Positions 35,672 through 47,715 of a stretch of 64,000 bases of DNA are shown here, one piece after another (position 1 is the stretch's first letter; each line of letters starts with the position of its first letter). The notes below the pieces were generated by a model. It did not search any database. It was not told the origin of the DNA and saw nothing but the letters and a program-made list of their open reading frames with translations. The DNA is from Chlorokybus atmophyticus (lineage: Eukaryota; Plantae; Mesostigma and Chlorokybus algae), in the NCBI GenBank assembly GCA_009103225.1, contig RHPI01002048.1, positions 890,529 through 954,528 of the forward strand, in the 5' to 3' direction. The translations under genes and the position numbers were made by a program.

Positions 35672-36719
35672 TTACTGGCCGGGGGCGAAGGTGGTGGCGT
35701 AGTTCCAGGCGTTGTTGCCGACGGGGTTAGCCAGATGGTCGAGGAGGTTCTGGTATGGGCCCTTGCCGGTGACGATGGCCTGGACGAAGAATCCGAACAT
35801 GGAGAACATGGCGAGGCGGCCGTTCTTGATCTCCTTGACCTTGAGCTCGGAGAAGGTGTCGGGGTCGTCAGCCAGACCCAGGGGGTCGAAGTAGCCGCCG
35901 GGGTACACCTTGTCGAGGCCCTCGCCGGCCGGTCCACCGTTGACACGGTAGGCCTCAGCCAGACCCATGAGCACAACCTGGAAGGCGAGGGTGGCGAGGA
36001 TGGACTGGGCGTGAACGAGGTTGGGGTTGCCGAGGTAGTCCAGGCCGCCGGCGGAGAAGATCTGGGAGCCAGCCTTGAACCAGACAGACTCGCCGAAGGA
36101 GATGCCAGCGCTCTTCTCCAGAAGCTCGGGCAAGATGCAGCCCAGAGCGCCGAGCATGGCCCAACGGGCGTGGATCACCTCAATCTCGCGGTAGCTGTGA
36201 GATGAGACACCGAGTCAGAATCTGCGAGTGCCTGCCACTCATCGCGTGCCTCCGCCACAAGTAGCCCATGCGACCATGCAACCACCAGCCATGACAGTGC
36301 AAGCTTCGGCTATCCCAAACCAGAGGAGCTACCGCAACTAACCCATGCACACGTCGCAATACAAGCGAGGGCAAGCAACAGCCAGACGCTAGCACGGGGC
36401 CAGTGGGGCGGCGGCGTTACCTGGCGAAGGTCTCGGGGTCGGCGGAGAGGCCGGCGGTGTCCCAGCCGTAGTCACCGGGGAACTCTCCGTTGAGGTACGA
36501 GGGGGTGTCGCCGGAGAAGGGGCCGAGGAACTTGACGCGGTCGGGGCCGTACCACATGCTGTCGCCGGACGCGAACTTCTTGGCGCCGGTCTTGCGCATG
36601 GTCACCTTGGCCTCGCCCATGGGGCCGACCTTCTGGACCAGCGCATTCTTGGGCTTGAGCTCGACGCCCGCGCGGGGGGCGACGATGGCAGCGACGGCGG
36701 CGGTGGCGATAGCGGCCAT
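35672..36719 (-). CDS. LHCB: Major light-harvesting chlorophyll a/b-binding protein of PSII (LHCII, Lhcb1-3/LhcbM type), 273 aa, 2 exons (36719-36421, 36194-35672)
   Basis: [69 protein letters not shown]; GT-AG intron keeps the frame; strong GC3 bias. Confidence 0.97.
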
Positions 36720-36791
36720 GGTGACTAGCTGTGCAGGAGAATGCACAACACAACGCTACAACAACCTGCCCTGCAAGCATTGCGACGACAA

Positions 36792-36797
36792 TATATA
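36792..36797 (-). promoter_or_regulatory. Candidate TATA box of Lhcb
   Basis: TATATA about 75 bp upstream of the ATG within GC-rich DNA. Confidence 0.4.
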
Positions 36798-37249
36798 ACA
36801 CCGCCGGAGCCTATGCAAAGCGCGAAGATCTGGCGGGCTCGCCCCCATTGGCTGACCCGCGTTGGCCCTGCCCTCCCCGCTTTGCCGGCAGAGATCAGGA
36901 TAGCGCTAAATTAGAGCTGGCAGTCACCGATAACCTTCGTGAGCCGACTAACCGATAAGAGTCAATCATGTAACCGGGTACCAGGTATTCGACAAGGGCT
37001 TGGTCAGTGTCGTCGGTTAGAGAGGCCGTAAAGTAGGCCGACCACGTAAGGCAGGCTGTGGCTGACCTCATGAACAAAAACAAGAAACTGGTCGGGATTT
37101 TCCGTTTCAGCCCATCCAAATGGCCACGAACAGTTTCTACCTCTAGACCTATATGTGCACTCAGACGCACAGCTTTGGTAAATGAACACCATACACCGGA
37201 ACACCAGCTACAACCTGTGCAAGCGCTTGCACATTCAACCATAATCAAA

Positions 37250-39800
37250 CCATCTGATACGTGCATGCATGGGAGTTGATAAGTATATATAGAATTTGAA
37301 AATTTGCTTAATGCACATGTGTTTTTGATCATTATCAATTATAATGTAATATGGTTAATATACATATCGTTCGAAGCCGCACATGCATAATAACTTGTGT
37401 TGATTATTATAAAACGATCTTGTTAACGTTATGCATGTAACTTTAAATGATTTACAAGGCGCAATCATAATGTCATGTGATAATATGCATCTCATAGCTT
37501 GACGTCGTAGTAAGTTGAATTGTGATTGTCGAAAGTTATATACCAAAAGCCGACAGTATTTGTTATATGATTATCAATGCGGGCATTTTTAATATTGTTA
37601 TTGTAGCATGTGGCATGTGACATATGTTGCATGTGCGACATTGTACAATATATACTTCAAATCAAAATGAATGACGGCATCTTAAGCTTTTGCAAACATA
37701 ATCAGCCTTAACCAGTTTGGTTTACGTTGCCTCCAATTAATTATACCATACTGATTGCCAACGATGAACGCAGTTGCGGTGAATATTGTCATTTATTTGG
37801 CTCACACTATAAGCGAGCACTAAATAAACAAATGTTGCTACGTTAAACGTGTTGTGCAACATGTTGCAGCATAATGCCTTCATCGCCAGCATCAAAGGTT
37901 TATCTAATTGTCAAGATGCGCATGGTCCACATGCGGCTAACCTATGGCTAGCAACCGATGGCATGAAAATCATCTGCTTTTCGGGCGCTTGGTCGTTTAT
38001 CAAGATCATGGAAGCAGCAAGCTTGCCCCCAACTCATTCTCTATGCGCCCATTATTTGATTGTTTTTTTGCCTATTGCATGTAAGATAACAAAATTTATA
38101 AGCAACAGTTAATGCGTAAACTCTTGAAGCTGACCTTTTTATGTGCAACGCAAGTTTTGCGCATGTAGTTGGTGCACATTATAATAACATGCATGCAGTA
38201 AACGCCACAGTTGCAATTAAAGCCTCCATGTCGCAAAATCTTGGGGTACATTTCCTGCCTAATGGCCCAGGCATCAAATAGTGCTTCAAACTTGCTTAGC
38301 ATATGCGCAAAACGATGGACATTGCAACAAAAACGACTTGTCCCCTTGCGTAGAATACTATTCGCCCTGACTTGTATACTATTCATTGCACAAAGACATA
38401 GTAATGTGTATGGTGATTGCAGTAATGCAAGATACATGGAGCACATTCGTGGCAATACACTGCAGAGCACATCATGTGTTAATACTTTGCAATCATTGTA
38501 CAATAACTTGCATTGCCTGAACGCACAATTTACACTTGGTTATCCAATGAAAACTGCTGCAACATTATCTCCAAGGTGATCAAGTTCCTGCAGTACTTTT
38601 GTAAATGGCCTAAGCATTAAATAATGGTTAAAACTCGCTCAACATTTGTGAAATACACTTGATAGTGCAATAATCAAGAAAATTTCCCTGCTATTATAAA
38701 AGTTTTATAATTGAAGGATACTATCATATGATAAAGATTGCAGCTACTCACATGCTGACAGCAATGAGTGGTATATAAATAAAGCATGCTTCCCACAAGG
38801 TATAAGCAAGAATACTTTACAATCTCCATCAAACAATTTTTTGCCTTCAGCGCTTGATTATCATGTAACATGTATCCTTTAAAGAATTTTACGAAGCATT
38901 TGCGCAAGTGAAGAGTGACAACTTGTTATTGACTAACAAATCACATTCAATAAATATTGTTCTGTTCCTTGATTGCGTATGCTGCACAACACTAAGCCAT
39001 ATCAGAATAGTTGGCATAGCTCTTATACTACGTATAAAATTTAACGGTGCACATCTCGTATATGTAACTGTACTTCATTATGTCGCTGCATTGCTACATT
39101 GCGTGAACAATATATATCGCGCCATGACCCTTTAACATGGACAACAAGTGCTTTTTATCTCTGTTGCGATTATAAATGTATTTAGAGAGGTAAATGTAAT
39201 TGAAGTGCAAGAAGTGCAACTTTACTACAATTGGATTAAGGAGCGCCCTTGCATGCATTTTTGTAGGATGCTGTATAAGTGGCGTTAGACATTAAGGAAA
39301 ATGGAAATGAGGAGTTGCAGTGCGTGTGGTTGTTGTACAAAAGCAATTGTCGTTCACAATGGGTGTGGCGTGAAATGATTGTAATTGTGACTCGCTGCCA
39401 TATGTTGACGCAATAAGATGTGATGGCAACTGCTGACGTTCTATTGCATTAATTACTTAATGCTTATTGTGAAGTTAAGATATTATAATCATGACTTTAA
39501 TCGCATATGCATTGTGCACCAAGTGCGTGACGTTATAGCGCGAAACCTGTAAGCACGCACGCATGTAAAACTATATGCAAGTTTGATTAGCTTATCATGC
39601 TGCGGCGAGGTACACCGTGTCACATAACATGTGATTGTTTATGGAATGTACAAATGAGTGTTTAAGTCTACAATATAACACTATCAGTGCTGTATGTGAG
39701 CTTGCATATTAATTCCACTCAAGTAAATGTTATAGTCAATCACAACGCTGACAGCAGCCATGCACAGGTTCCAACGTGAAGCATTACATATACACAATCA
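37250..39800. other. AT-rich non-coding island between divergent Lhcb and BBS7
   Basis: Sharp composition change against GC-rich flanks; only short ORFs without recognisable motifs. Confidence 0.6.
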
Positions 39801-40251
39801 CAATTAATGACACTGCAGCACTACTCTGTTCCATCCAATTGCCCAGCTCTATTGCGATCCATAGCGCTAATTGAACCTCCGCCGGTCAAGCTAACCGCAG
39901 CCCCCAGTCTCTGGCCGGCCTGGTAAGTGGTCGCGGTTAGCTTTGCCGGTTGGACGTGAACGCGAAAGCCAGGGTTGCGCAGTTTTACGCGGTGTTCGTG
40001 GTTCGTTGAGTGGGCAGCGAGGGACCCCATGCATGCATGGTCCGGCCCGGGCCGTCCGGGGCATCAGCACCCCGGAGAGATCGAGCCAGCCTGGCGACAG
40101 AGATCATAGGTGCGAATCGGTTAGGGTCAGTGTCGCCGTTACGCATCACGCTCAGACACAACAGCGTGACGCAGTAGTTAGTGGCAAGCCCAGCCGGCGG
40201 CGGCGGTGGCCGCGGCGGCGGTGCCGTGGGAAATTGCTCAGCACACACAAC

Positions 40252-43200
40252 ATGGCTGAGCTCTTCTTGCTGCGCAACGACTTGATCCAGGTAAGAGCAA
40301 GCGAAACATTGGTGGGTGAAACCACGGCACCACGGCGCGGCGCGGCGCGTCGTCAATGTATTTGCCTGTGCTCATGCGTTGGCACGTACCATGCTGGGCG
40401 TACTGTGTAATGATCATCATGTCACTCAATTGATAGGTGAGCACGACCTCCCACCACACGCTGAGAGTGCTGCCAGTGGGGAAGAACGTGCAGCAGAAGG
40501 TAAGAGTTGAGGTTGAGCAGGCAGTCCAGCCCACGCTTCTTGTCAATGCATACATGTACGGGCACGCACGCACGCACGCAGACACACGCGCGCGCACATA
40601 CCGACTTGTATGCATTCCAGGTGGTTGTGGGCGATGACTCCGGCGTGGTGCAGGCGTTCAGCATCAAGAAAGGCGAGCTTGTCACAGCATTCAAAACCAT
40701 CCCCACAGGCCAGCCGGTCACACGGTACGAGCGCTGTTTATTGTTAACGTGCACATAGCTGTTGTCAGCCGCGCACGGACGTGCACACGCACACAGGCAC
40801 ACACACGTGCGCACACAAACATGCGCGCACACAGACGCATGTGAACACGCACGCAGACGCACATATACGCACTTGTGCACACTTGCGCGTGCGCGCACAT
40901 GTATATGCGCACCTGCCTGTTCATATGCACATGTTGCAATCGCACATGCACACATGCGCACATGCCCTTATGGCTGCAGAATCGTGTTGGGAAGCGGGCT
41001 GGCGCAGGGAGACAAGATTTTTGTTGCTAGCGGTCAGGCCATACGCGGCCTCGCAAAGAAGGTGTGTTCGGTGATGAGGAAGTCCATGTTGTGTGATGTG
41101 AGCAGAAGCCAGTGATGCAACATCAACATCTCTGCAGGGCAAAGAGTTCTTTCGCTTCGACACAAACCTCACAGAAACGATCAACTCGATTTACGTCCAA
41201 GAGGTGGGCGCATTGATGTATAACATTTTCAGTTCTCAACACACTTGTTGACAAGGCAGTGGTGCACACTGAGCAAGCTTGTTGCTGTTGCGCGTATGGT
41301 CTGCAACAGTTTTCGTCATACACCTTTGTTGGGTGCAGCTGGCTGTGCTGACAGGCGGAGAGTACATCTACAACTACTTCCAAGACTGCAAGTAAGTGGT
41401 ACTGACGTTGTATCATCACACTATGAGTAGCCAACGTTACTATGACATGTCATATTGCCATATGCATACTTCAGGGACATTAACTTCTATCTGGCGCACG
41501 ACCGCATTAACGACATGACGGCCGTGAGCATAGGCAAAGACGGCCAACTCAACCCCGTGCTTGCATGCCAGGACAGGTTGGTATGACACAACTTTCACAC
41601 ACATTCACACTCGCATGCACACGCACACGCGCATGCACGCACGCGCGCGCGCACGCACACGCGGTGTTCCTTCTCCTCGACAGGTATGTGAGAGTGCTTC
41701 AGGGGTCGAATTTGTACTATGAAGCGGCCGTCGGGGGCCCCATCACATGTGTGGAAAAGTATGCCACAAGATCCGCCGACATCTGCACCACGAGGGATGT
41801 TATATACGGCACTCAGAATGGCGAGTTGGGCCTGTTGACAATGGAGCCGGACTCGATACGCAGAGGCTGGGTGATATCCGCTACGGATCCTTCGTCGGGA
41901 GGTGTTTCGTGCATATGCACAAGAGTGGATCTCACCAAAGATGGCGCGAACAGCATCGTTGTTGGGCGTGATAACGGAGATATCGAGGTGTACTCTGTCA
42001 CCAACGGCGAATCCAGGCTCAGAGTGAAGAAGAATATCGGGGAATCCGTGCTCTCTATCGACTGCGGGTGCATATCCACCCCCGGCGCGGACGATATTGT
42101 CGTGTTGGCCTTCTCGGGAAAAGTGATAGCCTTCTCGTGCAGCGCGGACGGGGCCACAGCCACGGCGAACCAACAAGCAGAGAAGAAACTGAAGGTAACG
42201 CTATTAAGTTGCTCGCGTAGGTTGATGACAGTTTCATGACAACACTGTCTTGTCCAGGCGATGAAGAAGGATCTCGACGCATTGCAAGAGAGGCTGGTTC
42301 AGGAGAAAGAGCGTTTGTTGGCAAAGCCGCAAGCGGAGGTCGGCTTGGCGGCAATGCCGGCTGCATCGCGAGAGGCCGGGTTGAAAGCCACACTCAAGTC
42401 CAGCTTCAGCCCCGCGGACATGGCGTACACGCTGAGTGTGGAGACGCAGATGCCGATCGGTTCTATCGCAGTGCAGTGCGATATCGAGGTGGAGCTGCTC
42501 AATGGCGCTGGCAACAGCGGTATCATGATTACCAGATGCCCTCCGGACAAAAAGAGCGGCTGCGCGACTCTTGCTATATGCCACACTCAGGTAGGGTGCT
42601 GGTACTGTATAAGCACGCATGGCATACAAGCGTGTGCAAACGCATGCAAGTGAGCGCACGTGTCCCCATGCCCATGCAAGAAAGCACGCACAGGCACAAG
42701 AGTAAGCACACTCACACCGACGCGCACACGCACACAGGCGCCCTTGCATAGGACGGCGCGTGGAAATGCAGATGCTCGTGCATATGCATGTGGTCATGCA
42801 TGCACACGTACACACGCACGTACCGCTTGCACACGAACTGAAGCATGCACTCGAGCGTGCGCTTACTCCTTGTCCACCACAGGAGCCCACCAACCGCATG
42901 TCGGTATCCTTCAAAGCCGCAGAGGGCCAGTCGGCCACCATGTCGATATATCCAATCCCGCGGGTGTCTCCGAGGACGTGCGCGCCCGTGCACTTTCACC
43001 TCCGCCCGCTGTGTCTCCATCAGCGCGTGACAGAGCTCCCGCAGCCTCAGCCTCGGCCGATGAGTGAGCTGCGCATCACCGGCGCGTTCTCTCACAGCGA
43101 GATGCACGCCTGGATAGCCAACTGCTTGCCGGACATACCCGGGAGAGCGCCCGCGGACGACAGCTCGGAGTACATGTTCGTGTCGACCATGCTTGGCACG

Positions 43201-44101
43201 GCCCTGATTTGCCAAAACAGGTGCGATCAATAAACCACTGTTACAAGCACACGCACGCACATGCTCACAGATAGTACATGCGTACATGTCATACAATGAT
43301 GAAAGGGCATTGTGTGCGTGGTGGAGGCAGAAGCTTACCAGCATGCCCAATCACACTATACACAGATTCAATTCATTGCAGGCAGGGGAGTGCGGTGTTC
43401 AAGTCGGAGAATGTCACCACACTGGCAGTGGTGAAGGAAATCATCACGAAAGAAGCGGATGCACGCAAAGTGCGCATTAACGCCACTGTCACGGTCGACG
43501 ACAACACCTTGGCATGTGCAGTTGATCTACTCGACAAGACGCTGTCACAACAAAGTCTGTTCAAGCAACAGGTGAACAGCCTACTAATGTTGCTTGTTTC
43601 AACAAAGTCTGTTCAAGCAAGTCCCTTCAACAAAACCCTGTATCTGTGTGTGCGTGCATGGCATACACGCGCGCGCATGCCACATACACGCGCGTGCGCA
43701 TGCGTGCGCCCACGCACCCACCCACTTACATCCACAAACAGGTGCAGCTGTTGGAGGCTCTGCAGGAAGTTAAGATGCAGGAGGAAGACATGTCTTACTT
43801 CGCACCAGAGTATTTGGACATCCTCAAAGGCGCAGACACAATCCGGCATGGCTACTCGCCTCAGAAGCTGCAATCTGTCCACGACATCGTCAAGACCCTC
43901 TTCGTGGATTGGCACAAGTTCAAGGGCCTCAATGTCCGCAGCAAGCTGCCTCAGGTAGGAACCAATACGTCATCATGTGTGAGTTTCTGATTACATAGTC
44001 TAGATCAGCTGAGATGTGGACGCGTGGGCTGGCAGCTGGAACATATTCTCAGCATCTACAGCAAGGACTTGCTATCGCACTTCATGGAGCATGCATCTTG
44101 A
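40252..44101 (+). CDS. BBS7: Bardet-Biedl syndrome 7 protein (BBSome subunit), multi-exon
   Basis: MAELFLLRNDLIQ|VSTTSHHTLRVLP...KVVVGDDSGVVQAF, KEFFRFDTNLTETI, PVLACQDR.VRVLQGS, IVVGRDNGDIEVYS, LFVDWHKFKGLNVRSKLPQ; colinear with BBS7 as I recall it. Confidence 0.92.
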
Positions 44102-44500
44102 CACATGGCGGATGCGAGATGCAGCTTTCAATCAGCAAAGTCTTCTTCAGCCATTGAGAAGTGTCTTTGAAAGACTTGACAAACTCTATGCGCCATTCCT
44201 CAGCGTCACCATCCCCGACTCCACTTGCGCCATCAAAGGAGTGTCGAGGGGGTCGTCGCGAACACCATATCGAAACATCACCTGGACGGCGGGCACGCAC
44301 TCAAGTGTCCATGGCCGCAATGTCACATGAAGGCGAGTAGTAGAGCGACGCAAGCACACAACCACAACCTCACCTTCAAGAAGCTGTCGGCGTTGTTGCA
44401 TGCGCAATACGATGTTGACGGCAGCGGGCTTGCCATCATCGTCCAAGACCAGACCCGTGTAGCCAACCTCAAACCCCAGCAGAGACCACCTGGGCCTGAT
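44082..44500 (-). CDS. Putative last two exons of an unannotated minus-strand gene
   Basis: WSLLGFEVGYTGLVLDDDGKPAAVNIVLRMQQRRQLLE|GDVSIWCSRR...EEWRIEFVKSFKD joined by a plausible GTGAGG...CAG intron. No domain recognised. Confidence 0.3.
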
Positions 44501-46029
44501 GCATCCGTGTGCTACAGTGGTTGCACACAGATTACCTTGCACTTGCTTCTTCGTTGTGCACCAGGACGATACAGATGTGTGTGCTGGTGATATACTGCTG
44601 TTCATGGTGACCTGCATGACATAGGTTGCATGATCGTGACATGCCCGTTGGGAACAGCCATGCACAGTGTGGCCAAATGACTGCAGCCCTACTTTACGCG
44701 TTGTGACACTCCCAAATGCCTGTGCTACTCAAGCGCTCCTCAAGCAACAGGTGGACCAAAACATGCTGGCGGAGCAGCATATGGCACAAGCGGCGTGAAG
44801 GATGGCGTGGGGGCCAAGCACATCAGGCGTCCTGTCCGTCCAGTCCGTCATGCCATGGCTGATGCTGCTCAAGTCCCTGCCCAACCTCTGCACCCTCTCC
44901 CTCTTCCTACCCCTACGCTCTGCGGTGGTTCTCCCCTTCTTTTGCTGGCTTGCTGTCTGCTCAGTTCCTCTCCCCACTCCCCTGTCTGTTACATGCATGT
45001 CGTAGCATGTGTCGTAGCTGAGATAGCTGGGTTGATAGCGCTACATTGGCCCCCACTATAATCTGCTGCATTTGCTGTGTGCTTTGTGCTCGGTGTGCTA
45101 TACATGGGCCACTTATGCGTGAGGTGCTTCTTTGCAACTCTTATGTTCTCTATGTAGTATAGACGAAAATTTATACAAGATGATAGGCTGTGTTGATGAA
45201 CAACTTCAACGGAAACCACACATAGTGATGCGGTGCCTGCTGGACAATGCTTCCTTTGAGGAATTAACATGATACCGAACACAATGATGATGGCATACTG
45301 AAACCTGTAGCGGGCGCTTGCATGCTTATGTTCCATTGTTATTACATATATAATCATACGATAACAGTAAAACATTGTTATCGTTATAACATTGACATTA
45401 ACATTACAACACTGCGCAATTGGTTCACTGAGGTTGACGTGATCACCATCCGTGGTGTAAGCCCGGAGACTGAAGGTGCAAGCCTCATTGTACACGAACA
45501 AGTAGCAGAAAGGTGTGCAAGTATAGCAGCAGAGGCACACAAGACCGCCGTGGTTACTCTGACACATGTAAGCAAGCAGGATAGCAACAGCAACAGCACA
45601 GGCAATGGGCTGGCCCGGGCCCCTAAGCACTGAACAGTTGCAAATAACGCAAATTCGGGGTAACAGGCAAAAAGGCAGGCAGGGGAGGAGATAGGCAGGC
45701 AGGCGCTGGCAGCGGTGTTAATAGCTCGCATGCCTGAGACACAACTGTATGGCTAGCACGCAGTACAGGATGCGTGTTAGTATCTGCACCATGGGACACC
45801 AAGGACTCAACAGCAGCTGTCTGTTGTAGACAAGTAGACAGCTGCTGTTGAGCCCTCAATGAGAGACATGCTTGGAAAGGAAGGAAATGGGACATTTACC
45901 AAGACGTGCGTATGCGTATGCGTTTTGGTGACAAGTGTCATGGACGTCCGTCAACTGCGCAGGCCAGCAACGCAGCGTAACCTACACGTGTTAAATGAAG
46001 CGAATGACAGACGAGAGAGCTTGAGCTAC

Positions 46030-47270
46030 TCAATCCCCTGTCCATTCTGTATGCCACTGTCTGTTCTGCTCCGTCAGCTCTCTCAGCGGTGCTTCGATCC
46101 GGTCCGTGACGTGCTTGTATATCCACCTCGCTTCCGCCTCCACGCGCGCGGCCACGTCGCCATCGCTCCTCATCTCCAGCACAGACGCACCCGGCAATTC
46201 TGTCTGCTTCGGCCGCGCGATGCCCGCTTCGATGTGAGGGAGTCCGTCGGCAACAGCATCTCGGGCCATCAGCCTCAGCGCGCGCGTGTCGAGCACGAGA
46301 GGCTCACCGACGGAGATGGACACGCGCTGGCCAATGCGAGGGATGCGCCAGGGCTTGGCACCCGTGGATGTCTCCGGCATGATCTGCACTTGACACGGCG
46401 TGAGACTCTGCGTGCGTATATGTGATACAGCAACCGCATGGCAAACGTACCTTCTCGAAGCCTGCGTGACTGAGTGGCAGCACGATGGGTGCGTGTGCGG
46501 TGGTGCGCGCTACGAGGGAGCCCACGCCCCACTTGATGCGCTGGAGGGGACCCGGCAGCGGAGACACGCGGCCCTCAACAAAGGTATGGACCTGCGAGGA
46601 CACGCGTTGGACACCGGAGCGACGTGGCATGATGCGTGCATGTGCATGCGTGAGCGTTGAGATTTATTGTACCGACCCACTCGCCTCTGTCGAGCTTCTC
46701 CACGGCTTCAACCATGCCTGGCTGATGAACGCCCGCGCCGCGCCTCACGGGAATGCACTTGCCTGGGGTCAATCGCCCCTGAAGCTTGTGCGTGCGTGCG
46801 TGCGTGCATGCGTGCTGCTGCTGTGCTGCCTTGCACGGGCTAATGCTGCTGTATGTATTTCCATTCACTCGAGCAAGCGTGCATACGCATGCGTACCGAG
46901 GCGGAAGAATGTGGCGAAGAGGGGGTTTGTGAAGCAGATGTCTTCTGCGGCGAGCACCCAGCGCACGAGTCCCACGCGGAACCTCGGCATGCCCTTCAGC
47001 TGCCACATCAGCGGGTCATCCAACCTGCACACACGCTGTTGAACCAGAGCTTGTCGTTACGCAGGTGGTTGTGAACCGAAAGGGATGCCACACTCACGTG
47101 GACATGTGGTTTGAGACGGTGAGTAGCGGCGTGTCGGGTGGCCTCGCGCGCACGAGGCGCAGGAGCGTGTCGAGGTTGCGCACGCGCACGGTGTTGAGCG
47201 CGCGCAGCCAGAATGCCCCCGCCGTCCCAACCAACCCCAACACCGCGGCCGACGCCGCGGATGGTGCCAT
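46030..47270 (-). CDS. TAZ: Tafazzin (phospholipid transacylase), multi-exon
   Basis: VLGLVGTAGAFW...PLLTVSNHMST|LDDP (HX4D motif), WVLAAEDICFTN, KCIPVRRGAGVHQ, VHTFVEGRV...KWGVGSL, PRIGQRVSISVGEP. Confidence 0.92.
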
Positions 47271-47715
47271 GACCACCACCTAGCTAGCGCTTCCCTCTCC
47301 TGCCATGCAACAGGGATGGGTGGAGTCACAGGTGGAGCTCTCATTGCGTGGCTTGGAAGCCAATGCATTTCGCTCGCGCGTTGATCATTCCACCGCACAA
47401 GCACAAGACTGGACTGAGCTTGCTGGCTTGACCCACACGGGACAAGTGTCTGGCGGAGATGCTAACGGTATAGTACGAAAGGCAGGGAACACCACGGCAT
47501 GTCATTGACCCCTAAGGCTGGTAGACACTGCTCCCACGCCTCAAGCGCAACACACCACCCACCTGGTTTATGCAGTCTTCATCGTACCCCACAAAAGCCG
47601 CTGCCACTGCACAGGCGGCACACACTCCGCCATATGCTCATAGCGCCACCTCCACGGGTCGTCTCCCTCGCCTTGTTCATCGCCGCCGCCGCCGCCGCAT
47701 CAGCCGCAGTCCATC

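Noticed and set aside
35612-36205. 197-aa plus-strand ORF
   Set aside because: Antisense shadow of the high-GC3 Lhcb exon
38096-38503. CNCGVYCMH as a second Ulp1 catalytic motif
   Set aside because: No His or Asp blocks upstream, and Cys/His-rich text is expected from TG/CA-rich DNA
40422-40963. Cys/Val/Ala/His-rich ORFs here and in other introns (for example 52890-53351, 59900-60334)
   Set aside because: Translations of alternating purine-pyrimidine intron repeats, antisense to or inside real genes
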